The notes under the pieces: model-generated
Database searches by the model: none
What the model was told of the DNA's origin: nothing
Seen by the model: only the letters and a program-made list of their open reading frames with translations
Part shown: positions 18,267 to 27,503 of the stretch, one piece after another
How positions within the stretch are numbered: the stretch's first letter is position 1
Layout of the letters: each line of letters begins with the position of its first letter
Assembly: GCA_038249555.1 (NCBI GenBank)
Contig: JBBSDJ010000001.1
Coordinates: 5,376-69,375 of the forward strand
Source: Caulobacterales bacterium
GTDB taxonomy: Bacteria > Pseudomonadota > Alphaproteobacteria > Caulobacterales > Hyphomonadaceae
Reading direction: 5' to 3'
Length of the DNA stretch: 64,000 nt
Position numbers and translations under genes: made by a program

Positions 18267-18919
18267 CTGCGCTGGAAGACGACTGTCAGGTTGTTGGCGG
18301 GCATTTCGGTGACCGCCGTGAGCTCCAGGCCTGCGGCGCGGGCCCGCGGCGATATATCAACGTCAAGATCGCGCACACCCCAGTCGGGGTTGCGGGACTT
18401 CAGGCTTTCATCGAACGCGGCGTTTGAAGGGGCGATGCCCCCTGAGCGGGCGAACGGTCCGTAGAGGATCAGCAGGCCGCCGGGTCGAAGCAATCGACCT
18501 GCCCCGCGGATCAGGCCTTCTGCGGCTGGCCACGGCGCGATGTGCACCATGTTGGCGGAGAAGACCGCGTCCCATGGCGTGAGGCCTTCTGCGTCGTCCC
18601 ATTCGTCCGTTGACGCGTCAATGCGAAGCGGCCCTGTCAGGCGGCCGGTAGTGTCAGCCTTCGCCCAAGCGCGCTGGCTGGCGACACTGTCGGGGTCGAT
18701 ATCCGAATAGGTCCAGCTCAGGTTGGGCAGTTCCGCAGTCAGGAAAGCCCCGTGCTCGCCGGTTCCGGAGGCGATCTCGAGCACGCGGGCGGGCGCCGTG
18801 ATCAGCGGCGCCAGTACATCGCGGATCGGTTCGCGGTTGCGCGCCGCGGAGGGCGAGTAGCGCCGCCCGTCTTCGCCCTCGCCCCGGTTCTCGAGCGCGA
18901 CCGGCGGCTTATCCGCCAC
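18263..18919 (-). CDS. DUF938 family SAM-dependent methyltransferase
   Basis: SPSAARNREPI..VLEIASGTGEH..NMVHIAPW..YGPF..SNAAFDESLK..MPANN. Confidence 0.9.
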   Translation of the reverse strand: MADKPPVALENRGEGEDGRRYSPSAARNREPIRDVLAPLITAPARVLEIASGTGEHGAFLTAELPNLSWTYSDIDPDSVASQRAWAKADTTGRLTGPLRIDASTDEWDDAEGLTPWDAVFSANMVHIAPWPAAEGLIRGAGRLLRPGGLLILYGPFARSGGIAPSNAAFDESLKSRNPDWGVRDLDVDISPRARAAGLELTAVTEMPANNLTVVFQRS

Positions 18920-19931
18920 GAGCCTGCTTTTCGAAGTCGTACATTTCGGTGGTCACGCTTGCCTGTCCGACCGGGTTGTAGCGCGGGCCTGCGGCGCGTT
19001 CGGGCGTGAAGTGCGCGTCGAGGCGCGCGACCTGCGCGGCGGTGAGCGTTACCGACGCCGCCGCGTGATTATCTTCGAGGTGGGCGCGCTTGGTGGTGCC
19101 GGGGATCGGGATGACGTGGTCGCCCTTCGCCAGCGTCCAGGCGAGCGCGAGTTGCGCGACCGTGCAGCCGGCTTCACGGGCGACGGCGCGGGCCTCGTCC
19201 AGCAAGGCGAGATTCTTCGGATAGAATTCCGGCGAGAAGCGCGGGAACATGAAGCGGCGCATGTCGATATCGTGGAAGGTCGCTGGATCAGCCGGAGGAT
19301 CGGCCAGAAAGCCCCGGCCGACCGGCGAGAAGGCGACGAGCACGGTGCCAAGTTCCCGGCAGGCGTCGAGCACGGCAATCTCCGGATTGCGAACCCAGAG
19401 CGAGTATTCCGATTGCATGGCGGCGACGGGATGCACCGCATAGGCGCGGCGCAACTGCGCCTCACCCATCTCGGAGAGGCCGATGAAACGGATCTTGCCG
19501 GCCTTCACAAGGTCCGCCAGCGCACCGGCGGAGTCCTCGATCGGCACCTTCGGGTCGGGCCGGTGAAGGTAGTAGAGATCGATCACGTCCGTGCGCAGAC
19601 GTTTCAGGCTGGCCTCACAGGCGGCCTTGATCGCTTCCGGCCGGGCATCGAGCACGCGCTGGCCATCCTGAAAACCCAGCACGCACTTGCTGGCGAGGAA
19701 GTATTCCTTGCGCCGGTTGCCCAGCGCTTCTCCGATCAGTTCTTCACTGCGGCCGAGACCGTAGATTGTGGCGGTATCCAAAAAGTCGCAGCCGAGGTCG
19801 AGCGCGCGCACGAGCAGTGCCTTTGCTTCGTCCTCCGGCAAGGGCGGCCCATACGCGTGCGTGATGTTCATGCAACCGAGGCCCACGGGATGGACATCCC
19901 GGTCGCCGATGCGCCGCTTTGTAATGGTCAT
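18909..19931 (-). CDS. Aldo/keto reductase
   Basis: VGLGCMN..DTATIYG..DLYYLHRPD..GKIRFIGLSE..QSEYSLW..IPIPGTTK. Confidence 0.93.
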   Translation of the reverse strand: MTITKRRIGDRDVHPVGLGCMNITHAYGPPLPEDEAKALLVRALDLGCDFLDTATIYGLGRSEELIGEALGNRRKEYFLASKCVLGFQDGQRVLDARPEAIKAACEASLKRLRTDVIDLYYLHRPDPKVPIEDSAGALADLVKAGKIRFIGLSEMGEAQLRRAYAVHPVAAMQSEYSLWVRNPEIAVLDACRELGTVLVAFSPVGRGFLADPPADPATFHDIDMRRFMFPRFSPEFYPKNLALLDEARAVAREAGCTVAQLALAWTLAKGDHVIPIPGTTKRAHLEDNHAAASVTLTAAQVARLDAHFTPERAAGPRYNPVGQASVTTEMYDFEKQARGG

Positions 19932-19935
19932 GCGA

Positions 19936-21690
19936 TCACGCTCTCGCTTTGAAGCGCTGGCGCAGTTCCGACTTCACGATCTTGCCGTTTGCGTTGCGCG
20001 GTAGAGGCTCGTTCAGGAACTGGATTTCGACCGGCACCTTGAACGCCGCCAGTTGCCCGGCGACGTGAGCGCGCAGTTCGGCCTCGGTAGCGTTCTTGCC
20101 GGGCTTCAGCTGCACGATAGCGCCGACTTCCTCACCAAGGATCTTGTGCTGGATGCCGACGACTGCGGCGTCCATCACGGCAGGGTGGTCGTAGAGGGCG
20201 TTCTCGACTTCGATACAGTAAATGTTTTCACCGCCGCGGATCAGCATGTCTTTCGCGCGGTCGACCAGGTAGAGAAAGCCTTCCTCGTCGATGCGCGCGA
20301 GGTCGCCGGTGACGACCCAGCCATTGCGGAAGGTTTCGGCGGTGGCGTCCGGGCGGTTCCAGTAAAGCCGGCAGTTGGACGGACTTTTGCACCAGAGTTC
20401 GCCGACAGCGCCCGGCGGTACGTCCCTGCCCTCGGGATCACAGATCTTGATCTCGACCGCGCCCGGAGGCGCGCCGGCGCTGGAGGGGCGGTTTACATAG
20501 TCTTCGCCGATGTTCAGCGTGGCCGTTGCGCAGGTCTCCGTCATGCCCCAGCCGTTGCCGGGGGCCGCTTCGGGAAAGCGCTTCTTGATGGTCGAGACGA
20601 GTTCGGGCGCCGAAGGCGCACCGCCATAGGAAATGACCTGGATGCTCGAGAGATCATATTTGTCGCGGTCTGGATGTTCCAGCAGCTGCCAGGCGATCGC
20701 AGGTACACCGCCTACGGACGTTATCTTTTCCGCTTCGATGATCGGCAGCGCCTGCCCGGCGTCCCACTTGTACATCGACACGATCTTGTCGCCGCGCAGG
20801 GCGGAGGGGATCAGGATCGCGAAGGATCCGGTCGCGTGGAAGAACGGCACGGCAAGCAGCGTGCCGCGCATCGCGTCCGGGTCGGGTGCAGGGATTGCCT
20901 CCCCTTTGCGCAGGTACATGCGGGCTTGGCAGGTCGTCGAATTGAACATGTTGGAGATGACGGCGCGGTGCGTGGCGAGAGCGCCCTTCGGCTTTCCTGT
21001 GGTGCCGGATGTATACATGATCGTCGCATCGTCATCGGGTCCGAGCTCGACACCGGAAGGACCAACGTCCGGCAGGTCTGCCCAGGAATTCGGATGACCC
21101 ACAATGTCATTCAGGGAGGCGACGCGCGGATCGGCAATTTCTTCTACGGACTCGCGGGCAATCAGGATGTGCTTCAAGTCGGGCAGACGTTCGAGCATGC
21201 CCCGGATGCGCTCGTAAATCTGGGCGTCCACGATCGCGGCTTTGACGCCCACGAACGACAGTCCGTACTCCAGCTCCTCGGCTGTCCACCAGGAATTCAT
21301 CGGTGTTGTGATCGCGCCGGCGCTCAGCGCGGCGTAGAAGCCAAGCGGCCATTCGGGATAGTTGCGCATGATGACCGCCACGCGGTCGCCCTTCACGATG
21401 CCGAAATCCGACACGAGCGCCTTGGCCAGCTTGCGCGAGGCCAGATGCAGGGCGCGGAAGGTGACGCGCTCGTTTTCGTAGACGATGTAGGTCCGGTCGG
21501 CGAACTGGGCGGCGGCCGCTTCAAGGATGAAAGGGATGGTGGGCGGCGCGTTCTTGTAGACCTTCATTGGAACGCCGCGGATCACGGCATCCTCCAGCTC
21601 GACCGGAGAGCCCGGCCCGGCGAGCGCTGCATTGGCCGCCGCAATCGACATCACGGGCCAGTTCGAACTCGCGCCTTCGGCCATGGTCAT
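19936..21690 (-). CDS. Long-chain acyl-CoA synthetase (class I adenylate-forming enzyme)
   Basis: YTSGTTGKPKG, GWGMTE, TGDLARID, RGGENI, PRNANGK; ATG 21690 after GGAGG. Confidence 0.93.
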   Translation of the reverse strand: MTMAEGASSNWPVMSIAAANAALAGPGSPVELEDAVIRGVPMKVYKNAPPTIPFILEAAAAQFADRTYIVYENERVTFRALHLASRKLAKALVSDFGIVKGDRVAVIMRNYPEWPLGFYAALSAGAITTPMNSWWTAEELEYGLSFVGVKAAIVDAQIYERIRGMLERLPDLKHILIARESVEEIADPRVASLNDIVGHPNSWADLPDVGPSGVELGPDDDATIMYTSGTTGKPKGALATHRAVISNMFNSTTCQARMYLRKGEAIPAPDPDAMRGTLLAVPFFHATGSFAILIPSALRGDKIVSMYKWDAGQALPIIEAEKITSVGGVPAIAWQLLEHPDRDKYDLSSIQVISYGGAPSAPELVSTIKKRFPEAAPGNGWGMTETCATATLNIGEDYVNRPSSAGAPPGAVEIKICDPEGRDVPPGAVGELWCKSPSNCRLYWNRPDATAETFRNGWVVTGDLARIDEEGFLYLVDRAKDMLIRGGENIYCIEVENALYDHPAVMDAAVVGIQHKILGEEVGAIVQLKPGKNATEAELRAHVAGQLAAFKVPVEIQFLNEPLPRNANGKIVKSELRQRFKARA

Positions 21691-21693
21691 TTT

Positions 21694-21736
21694 CCTCCAG
21701 ATTGTTTGGTTCTCGTCAGCAAACCATGTCTGGAGG
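21694..21736 (-). promoter_or_regulatory. 5' UTR hairpin pairing with the Shine-Dalgarno of the acyl-CoA ligase
   Basis: CCTCCAGA..TGGTT..AACCA..TCTGGAGG-AAA-ATG. Confidence 0.45.
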
Positions 21737-21797
21737 GCCCTTTGAAGGGGCCGCGGGCCAAATTTGGCAGGGATCGCCGCTCTTGCGCCAAGCAAAT

Positions 21798-21842
21798 CGG
21801 CCGCAGACCTCCGCTTGACGGGCAAGTGATGGTCTGCGGCCG
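21798..21842 (-). terminator. 12-bp GC-rich inverted repeat, possible terminator after the lipoprotein gene
   Basis: CGGCCGCAGACC (21798-21809) / GGTCTGCGGCCG (21831-21842), followed on the minus strand by ATTTGCTT (weak U tract). Confidence 0.4.
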
Positions 21843-21890
21843 CAGGGGGCCGGTCTGGATTACGCGGCGCTCGCCGCGCAGGTCGGAGCC

Positions 21891-22541
21891 TTACTTGCCG
21901 AAGTCGCAGAAGCGCAGGCTGCGGACGGTGCCGTCGCGGTCAGAGACCGAATAGGCGCGGCCGGTGAGGTTGGAGTCGTCGCAGAGATAGCCGATCTGGT
22001 ACATCGCCAGCAGCTCCTCGTTGCCCGGCAGGATGTCATTGGCGACCATCAGGTCGATGGCGTCCTGATGACGGCCAAGGTTGAACAGCGCGAGGAACTT
22101 GTCGGACCGGGTTGAGTCAACCGATTCTACAGTGGCGAGGTGGATGGCAACGGCGGCTTCGGCGGCCGGCAGGGCGGCGGCGGACTGTTTCGCTGCGGCG
22201 GTCGTTGCGAAGTCTCTCAGCACTTCGTTGAAATAGTCGACGGCGCCTTCTGCGTCATATCCCGTCGGCGAGATGCTAAGCTGGCCGAGTCTATGGAGCA
22301 CTTCGGAGCGCTGCTGGGGCGACAGGCTGGTATCACCAACAAGCTGCATGAGGCGCTGGATGGCGGTCGGCGTGTTTCCGGCGGCGACGAGTTCGTCGGC
22401 GGTTTGCAGGCCAAGGTTAAACGGCGAGACGACGACCGAGGTCTCGGTCGCTTCGGGCTTGGTTGGGCCCGTGGAAGTCGATGAAGCGCAGGCGCCGAGC
22501 ACGAGCGCGGAAGCCACGGCAAACAGGAGGGGACGAAGCAT
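21891..22541 (-). CDS. Hypothetical lipoprotein with TPR-like helices
   Basis: Signal peptide with lipobox LGAC; helical body; C-terminal Cys pair. Confidence 0.72.
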   Translation of the reverse strand: MLRPLLFAVASALVLGACASSTSTGPTKPEATETSVVVSPFNLGLQTADELVAAGNTPTAIQRLMQLVGDTSLSPQQRSEVLHRLGQLSISPTGYDAEGAVDYFNEVLRDFATTAAAKQSAAALPAAEAAVAIHLATVESVDSTRSDKFLALFNLGRHQDAIDLMVANDILPGNEELLAMYQIGYLCDDSNLTGRAYSVSDRDGTVRSLRFCDFGK

Positions 22542-22662
22542 CGGTTTTCTCCGGTGAAAAGCGTTGAGTCGCGCTGAAAGAAGGATGCGCAGCGCTTTGC
22601 TTAGCGTGGCAAGCCAAGCGGCGACAGGGCCGAACTGAGGTCAATTTGTGGCGGGTGCGGCC

Positions 22663-24585
22663 TCAGGCGCGGGCGGTTCTGTCGATTGCCGCAATGTCAC
22701 CTCGCCCGAGGGCCTCGATGGCGCGCGCGGCGATGTGGCGGGCGTTGAGGCCGGCCGTCTCGTACATGGCGAACGGCGAATCCTGATCCTGGAAAACGTC
22801 CGGCAGGGTCATGATGCGGATCTTGAGGCCGGTGTCGAGCGCCCCGGCATTGGCCAGGTGTTCGAGCACGAAACTGCCGAAGCCGCCTTTGGCGCCTTCT
22901 TCGATCGTGATCAGGACTTCGTGTTCCTTCGCGAGACGCTCGACCAGTTCGGCGTCCAGTGGCCGCGAGAAGCGGGCGTCTGCAACTGTGGTGCTGAGCC
23001 CTTGGGCGGAGAGCATTTCGGCAGCCTTCAGCGCCTCCTGCAGGCGTGCGCCGAAAGACAGGATCGCGACGGTGGTTCCCTCGCGGACGATCCGGCCCTT
23101 GCCGATCTCGAGGGCTTTCAGGTCGGACGGGATTTCGATGCCGATGCCCTCGCCGCGCGGATAGCGGATGGAGCTTGGGCCGTCGTCGATCTCGAGCGCG
23201 GTCTTCACCATCCGGGCAAGATCGGCTTCGTCGCCCGGTGCCATGCAGACAAAGCCGGGCAACGCGCCGAGATAGCCGATGTCGAAACTGCCGGCATGGG
23301 TTGCGCCGTCAGAGCCTACGAGGCCGGCACGGTCGAGCGCAAAGCGCACGGGCAGTTTCTGGATCGCCACATCGTGGACGACCTGATCATAGCCGCGCTG
23401 CAGGAAGGTCGAGTAGATCGCGCAGAACGGCTTCATGCCATCGGCTGCGAGACCTGCCGCGAACGTGACGGCGTGTTGCTCGGCGATGCCTACGTCGAAA
23501 TGGCGGTCCGGGAATTTGGCGCCGAAGATATCCGTCGAGGTGCCGGACGGCATGGCGGCCGTGATGGCGCAGATCTTGTCATCGGTTGCGCCCAGCTTGG
23601 CGAGCGTCTGGCCGAACACTTTCTGATAGGTCGGCGGGCCGGCCGCGCCCTTGGCCTGCTCGCCGGTGACGACCGAGAATTTCGAGACGCCGTGGTACTT
23701 GTCCGCAGAATTTTCGGCCGGTGCGTAGCCCTTCCCTTTCTGCGTCACGACGTGAAGCAGGATCGGGCCGTCTTCGATGTCGCGAACGTTTTCCAGGATC
23801 GGCAGCAGCGTATCGAGATCGTGCCCGTCGACCGGGCCGATATAGTAGAAGCCCATCTCCTCGAACATCGTGCCGCCCATGGCGAAACCGCGCAGGTATT
23901 CCTCGGCGCGGCGGGCTGGGGACTCGAGGCCCATTGGGGCAACAACTTTTTTCGCGAAACGGCGCAACCCGCGATACGGGCGCGAAGAGACGAGGCGCGA
24001 GAAATAGTGGCTCATGGCACCGACCGGCGGCGCGATCGACATGTCATTGTCGTTGAGGATGACGATCAGGCGTGACTTGTCAGCGCCCGCATTGTTCATC
24101 GCTTCATAGGCCATGCCGGCCGACATCGACCCGTCGCCGATGACGCAGACCACGTTGTTCTTGCGGCCTTGAAGGTCGCGGGCCTTGGCGAAACCGAGAC
24201 CGGCGGAAATGGAGGTCGAAGCATGCGCGGCGCCGAAGGGGTCGTATTCGCTCTCGGAACGCTTGGTGAAGCCGGAAAGCCCACCGCCCTGCCGGAGGGT
24301 GCGCATCCGGTCGCGGCGGCCGGTGAGGATCTTGTGCGGATAGCACTGGTGGCCGACATCCCAGACGAGCTTGTCATCCGGCGTATTGAAGACCGAATGG
24401 ATCGCCACGGTCAGTTCGACCACGCCGAGGCCTGAGCCAAGGTGGCCGCCCGTCACCGCGACCACATCGATGACTTCCTCGCGGACTTCGTCGGCGATCT
24501 GCTTGATCTCGGCGCGCGAACGGCTCTTCAGGTCCGCTGGGGAATTGATCGCATCGAGCAGCCGGTTGGGGCGAATTTCTGTCAT
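22663..24585 (-). CDS. dxs: 1-deoxy-D-xylulose-5-phosphate synthase
   Basis: [60 protein letters not shown]. Confidence 0.97.
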   Translation of the reverse strand: MTEIRPNRLLDAINSPADLKSRSRAEIKQIADEVREEVIDVVAVTGGHLGSGLGVVELTVAIHSVFNTPDDKLVWDVGHQCYPHKILTGRRDRMRTLRQGGGLSGFTKRSESEYDPFGAAHASTSISAGLGFAKARDLQGRKNNVVCVIGDGSMSAGMAYEAMNNAGADKSRLIVILNDNDMSIAPPVGAMSHYFSRLVSSRPYRGLRRFAKKVVAPMGLESPARRAEEYLRGFAMGGTMFEEMGFYYIGPVDGHDLDTLLPILENVRDIEDGPILLHVVTQKGKGYAPAENSADKYHGVSKFSVVTGEQAKGAAGPPTYQKVFGQTLAKLGATDDKICAITAAMPSGTSTDIFGAKFPDRHFDVGIAEQHAVTFAAGLAADGMKPFCAIYSTFLQRGYDQVVHDVAIQKLPVRFALDRAGLVGSDGATHAGSFDIGYLGALPGFVCMAPGDEADLARMVKTALEIDDGPSSIRYPRGEGIGIEIPSDLKALEIGKGRIVREGTTVAILSFGARLQEALKAAEMLSAQGLSTTVADARFSRPLDAELVERLAKEHEVLITIEEGAKGGFGSFVLEHLANAGALDTGLKIRIMTLPDVFQDQDSPFAMYETAGLNARHIAARAIEALGRGDIAAIDRTARA

Positions 24586-24621
24586 CTCGCGTTGTCTTTT
24601 CTTGATGTCAGCGCAGCGGTT

Positions 24622-25518
24622 TCAACGTGGCCTATTCAATACATAGTCCACGGAATGGAGCAGGATAGCGGCCTTGTCACGGAAAATTCCCAGATGTTCC
24701 TTGGCCTGGGCCGCCAGTAGCCGGACCCGTTGGCGCGCCCCGTCGACCCCCAACAGGGTCACGAAATTGGCTTTTCCGGCAACATGGTCCGTCCGGAGGG
24801 GCTTACCAGCGACCTCTTCGTCGCCTTCCGCGTCCAGGATATCATCGGCAATCTGGTAGGCGAGGCCGAGGTCATTGGCAAAGCCGGCCAAGGCGTTGCG
24901 CTCGGCTTCGCGCGCATGACCGATGATCGCGGCGGCTTCCATGGCGTAGGAGATCAGGGCGCCCGTCTTCAGGCGCTGCATCCGGGTGATGGTGTTGAGG
25001 TCCCGGGGACTGTCGAGTTCCAGCATGTCGATCATCTGACCGCCCACCATGCCGCGAGCACCCGAGGCGTCGGCAAGACGCTCGATCAACATGACCCGGA
25101 TGGCCGGATCGTCATGGGTTTCATTCGAGGCCAGGATCTTGAACGCCAGCGTCAGCAGGGCGTCGCCCGCGAGAACGGCCGTCGCCTCGTCGAAGGCCTT
25201 GTGGACGGTGGGTTGGCCGCGCCGGAAATCGTCATCGTCCATGCACGGCAGGTCGTCGTGGACGAGCGAATAACAGTGGACACACTCGAGCGCCGCCGCA
25301 GTGCGCAACAGGCTTTTTTCGGAAGCGCCGAACATCGCGCCGGTTTCGAGCACGAAGAAGGGCCGCATCCGTTTGCCGTTGGCGAGGGCCGCGTGGCGCA
25401 TGGCGCGCATCAGGTTGGCTTCAGGGCCGCTGGCCGGCGGAATAAGCTGATCGAGCGCAACCGTCACCCGGTCTGCCACTTCCTTCAGCCTTTGCTCGAA
25501 CCCGGTAACGTCCCCCAT
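24622..25518 (-). CDS. ispA: Polyprenyl (farnesyl/geranyl) diphosphate synthase
   Basis: GKRMRP, SLVHDDLPCMDDDDFRRG, LKTG, YQIADDILD; lies between xseB and dxs. Confidence 0.93.
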   Translation of the reverse strand: MGDVTGFEQRLKEVADRVTVALDQLIPPASGPEANLMRAMRHAALANGKRMRPFFVLETGAMFGASEKSLLRTAAALECVHCYSLVHDDLPCMDDDDFRRGQPTVHKAFDEATAVLAGDALLTLAFKILASNETHDDPAIRVMLIERLADASGARGMVGGQMIDMLELDSPRDLNTITRMQRLKTGALISYAMEAAAIIGHAREAERNALAGFANDLGLAYQIADDILDAEGDEEVAGKPLRTDHVAGKANFVTLLGVDGARQRVRLLAAQAKEHLGIFRDKAAILLHSVDYVLNRPR

Positions 25519-25533
25519 TGCCTGTTCGAACTC

Positions 25534-25779
25534 TCAGTCGAATGCTGCAGGTTCGGTGGCTGGGCCGTTGGTGCCCTGCACGATCTGCTCAACCTTCAGT
25601 TCCGCAGATTTCAAGCGCCCCTCGCAATGGGCCTTCAGAGCCGCGCCGCGCTCATAGATCGCGATGGATTTTTCCAGTTCGACGTCGCCCGTTTCGAGCT
25701 GACGCACGATGCCCTCGAGTTCCGCGAGCGCTTCCTCGAAGGTCATCTTGTCGACCGGTTTGATCTTGGTCTCAGCCAT
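25534..25779 (-). CDS. xseB: Exodeoxyribonuclease VII small subunit
   Basis: TFEEALAELEGIVRQLETGDVELEKSIAIYERG. Confidence 0.95.
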   Translation of the reverse strand: MAETKIKPVDKMTFEEALAELEGIVRQLETGDVELEKSIAIYERGAALKAHCEGRLKSAELKVEQIVQGTNGPATEPAAFD

Positions 25780-25865
25780 AGTCTGGCATCCTGCTCCCGC
25801 CGCTTTTTGAAAGTTCTAGAGCCCCCGGCAGGGACCGACAACCGAAATACCGGCCACCAGCCGGA

Positions 25866-26468
25866 TTATCCCCCGCGATACGTGTAGAGGCGGTAGCTCC
25901 AGTAACGGTCTCCGCCGTCTTCCACGCAAACCCAGCCAAGCTGGCGGAGTTCCGGGCGCAGCATGCGGTTGAACCAGCCATGGGCAGCCAGATAGACCTT
26001 TCCCTGCGCAGAAGCCTCATGCAGTCGCAGCGCCGCGATCTTGGCCCGCAGGCGCGCCTCTTTCGAGTTTTCGCCGCCAAGGCTGTGGCCGGCCAGCCAA
26101 GCGGTACGCGCCAGCACGTTCCAGGTTTTCGGCAGGGCCTTCACACCGGCGAACTTTGGCGGCGGCAGCGTTGCCTCATTGAACACGGGATCATGCGCGG
26201 CGCTCTTGTGCGGCAAAGCGATACCAGCGGTTTGCTGGGCCCGCAGCCGTCCGGATGCAAACACCACATCGGCGTCCGCGACGAGGTCCATCAGGGCTTG
26301 AGGCGCTTTCTGGCCGTCGGCGAGTGGGCCCGCTTCATACCGATCCCACCAGCCGACATACTCACGCCAGCCGAGCTTTGGCCCGGCCCGGCGATCCAGC
26401 GCAGGTCGGCCATGCCGGGAGATGATGATGGGTCCGCGCCGCGACCCGGCCGATGTCGTGTCTGGCAT
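25866..26468 (-). CDS. Histidine phosphatase family protein
   Basis: IIISRHGRP, SGRLRAQQTA, LAAHGWFNR. Confidence 0.82.
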   Translation of the reverse strand: MPDTTSAGSRRGPIIISRHGRPALDRRAGPKLGWREYVGWWDRYEAGPLADGQKAPQALMDLVADADVVFASGRLRAQQTAGIALPHKSAAHDPVFNEATLPPPKFAGVKALPKTWNVLARTAWLAGHSLGGENSKEARLRAKIAALRLHEASAQGKVYLAAHGWFNRMLRPELRQLGWVCVEDGGDRYWSYRLYTYRGG

Positions 26469-26573
26469 CGTCCTTCCCCCGAGTAGTTCAAGCAAGGCTT
26501 CTCGCCCGCCGCTTCCGACTAACGGCGTTGCCCGGTCCGGGCAAGCGCGAAGCCAACGGAGCGGCGGGTTAAA

Positions 26574-27425
26574 CTAGAGTCCGCGCCAGACGCGCTTCTT
26601 GCACTCCTCGCCGTCCTGCAATTGGCAGCGATGGAAGGTCAGCAGCACGGTATCTGCGCGCCCGATCAGGTGATCCGTTGGGACGAAACCGATCGAGGCG
26701 TCATCCGGATCGCCCCGCAGCGGGCAGCCTGCACGGTCGACCACGCCGTTGATGGGCGGGCAATGGCCGGAGAGTTCGCGGCTGTCGTAGGAATTGTTGC
26801 GGTTGTCACCGATCAGGAACAGGTGATCTTCCGGCACGACGAAGAGCAAGGTGTCCGAGACCGGGCGGCCGCGAAGGCCCCTGTGGGTGGTCCAGGTCCG
26901 GTCGCCGATCGTTTCGGTCCATTCCTGAACCTGTTCTATCACCACTTCCTTGTCAGGCGCATAGCGCACTTCGCGGACCAATTCGGACTCCACCGGCTGA
27001 CCGTTGATGATCAACGTCTCGCCGAGGATCTGCACCGTGTCGCCGGGCAGGCCGATGATACGCTTGATCATGACCCGGTCGGAATGGGTATGTTCGAAAA
27101 CCACCACTTCGCCGCGTTCGGGCGTGCTCGGGAAAAACCGGCCTTCGCCGAGTGGCAGGTAGCGGCCGAGGCTGAGCGGGAGAGAATAGCGCCCGTATCC
27201 ATAGGCAAACTTGGCAACGGCGACGCGGTCGCCGACTTCCAGCGTCGGCACCATGCTTTCGGAGGGAATCACGCGCTGCTCGTACAGGAGGCCCGTGAAC
27301 AGCAGGAATGCCGGCGCGACGATGGCCAGCGTGGCGCCCCACTCCTTAAGCTCCCGCTTGACCTTTTCCCAAGTGGACGCTGGCGGCGCCGGTTGGGTCT
27401 GGGCATCGATTTCGCTCGGCATCAT
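26574..27425 (-). CDS. lepB: Signal peptidase I
   Basis: IPSESMVPTLEVGDR (Ser), MIKRIIGLPGD (Lys), GDNRNNSYDSR; single TM. Confidence 0.93.
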   Translation of the reverse strand: MMPSEIDAQTQPAPPASTWEKVKRELKEWGATLAIVAPAFLLFTGLLYEQRVIPSESMVPTLEVGDRVAVAKFAYGYGRYSLPLSLGRYLPLGEGRFFPSTPERGEVVVFEHTHSDRVMIKRIIGLPGDTVQILGETLIINGQPVESELVREVRYAPDKEVVIEQVQEWTETIGDRTWTTHRGLRGRPVSDTLLFVVPEDHLFLIGDNRNNSYDSRELSGHCPPINGVVDRAGCPLRGDPDDASIGFVPTDHLIGRADTVLLTFHRCQLQDGEECKKRVWRGL

Positions 27426-27503
27426 GACCTCAAGAATCCGCTTCGGGGGCAGTCTTAGACGAAAAGGTAATGCTCTGCGAAGGCGAAATACCGGGTCAGA
27501 CTG

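Noticed and set aside
20053-21954. 633-aa plus-strand ORF (and similar long ORFs at 22648-24075, 9276-10565, 27516-28712, 28877-30268, 52117-53682, 56017-57501, 61089-62108)
   Set aside because: They lie antisense to clearly recognisable genes and have no motifs. Long stop-free shadow frames are expected in high-GC coding DNA.
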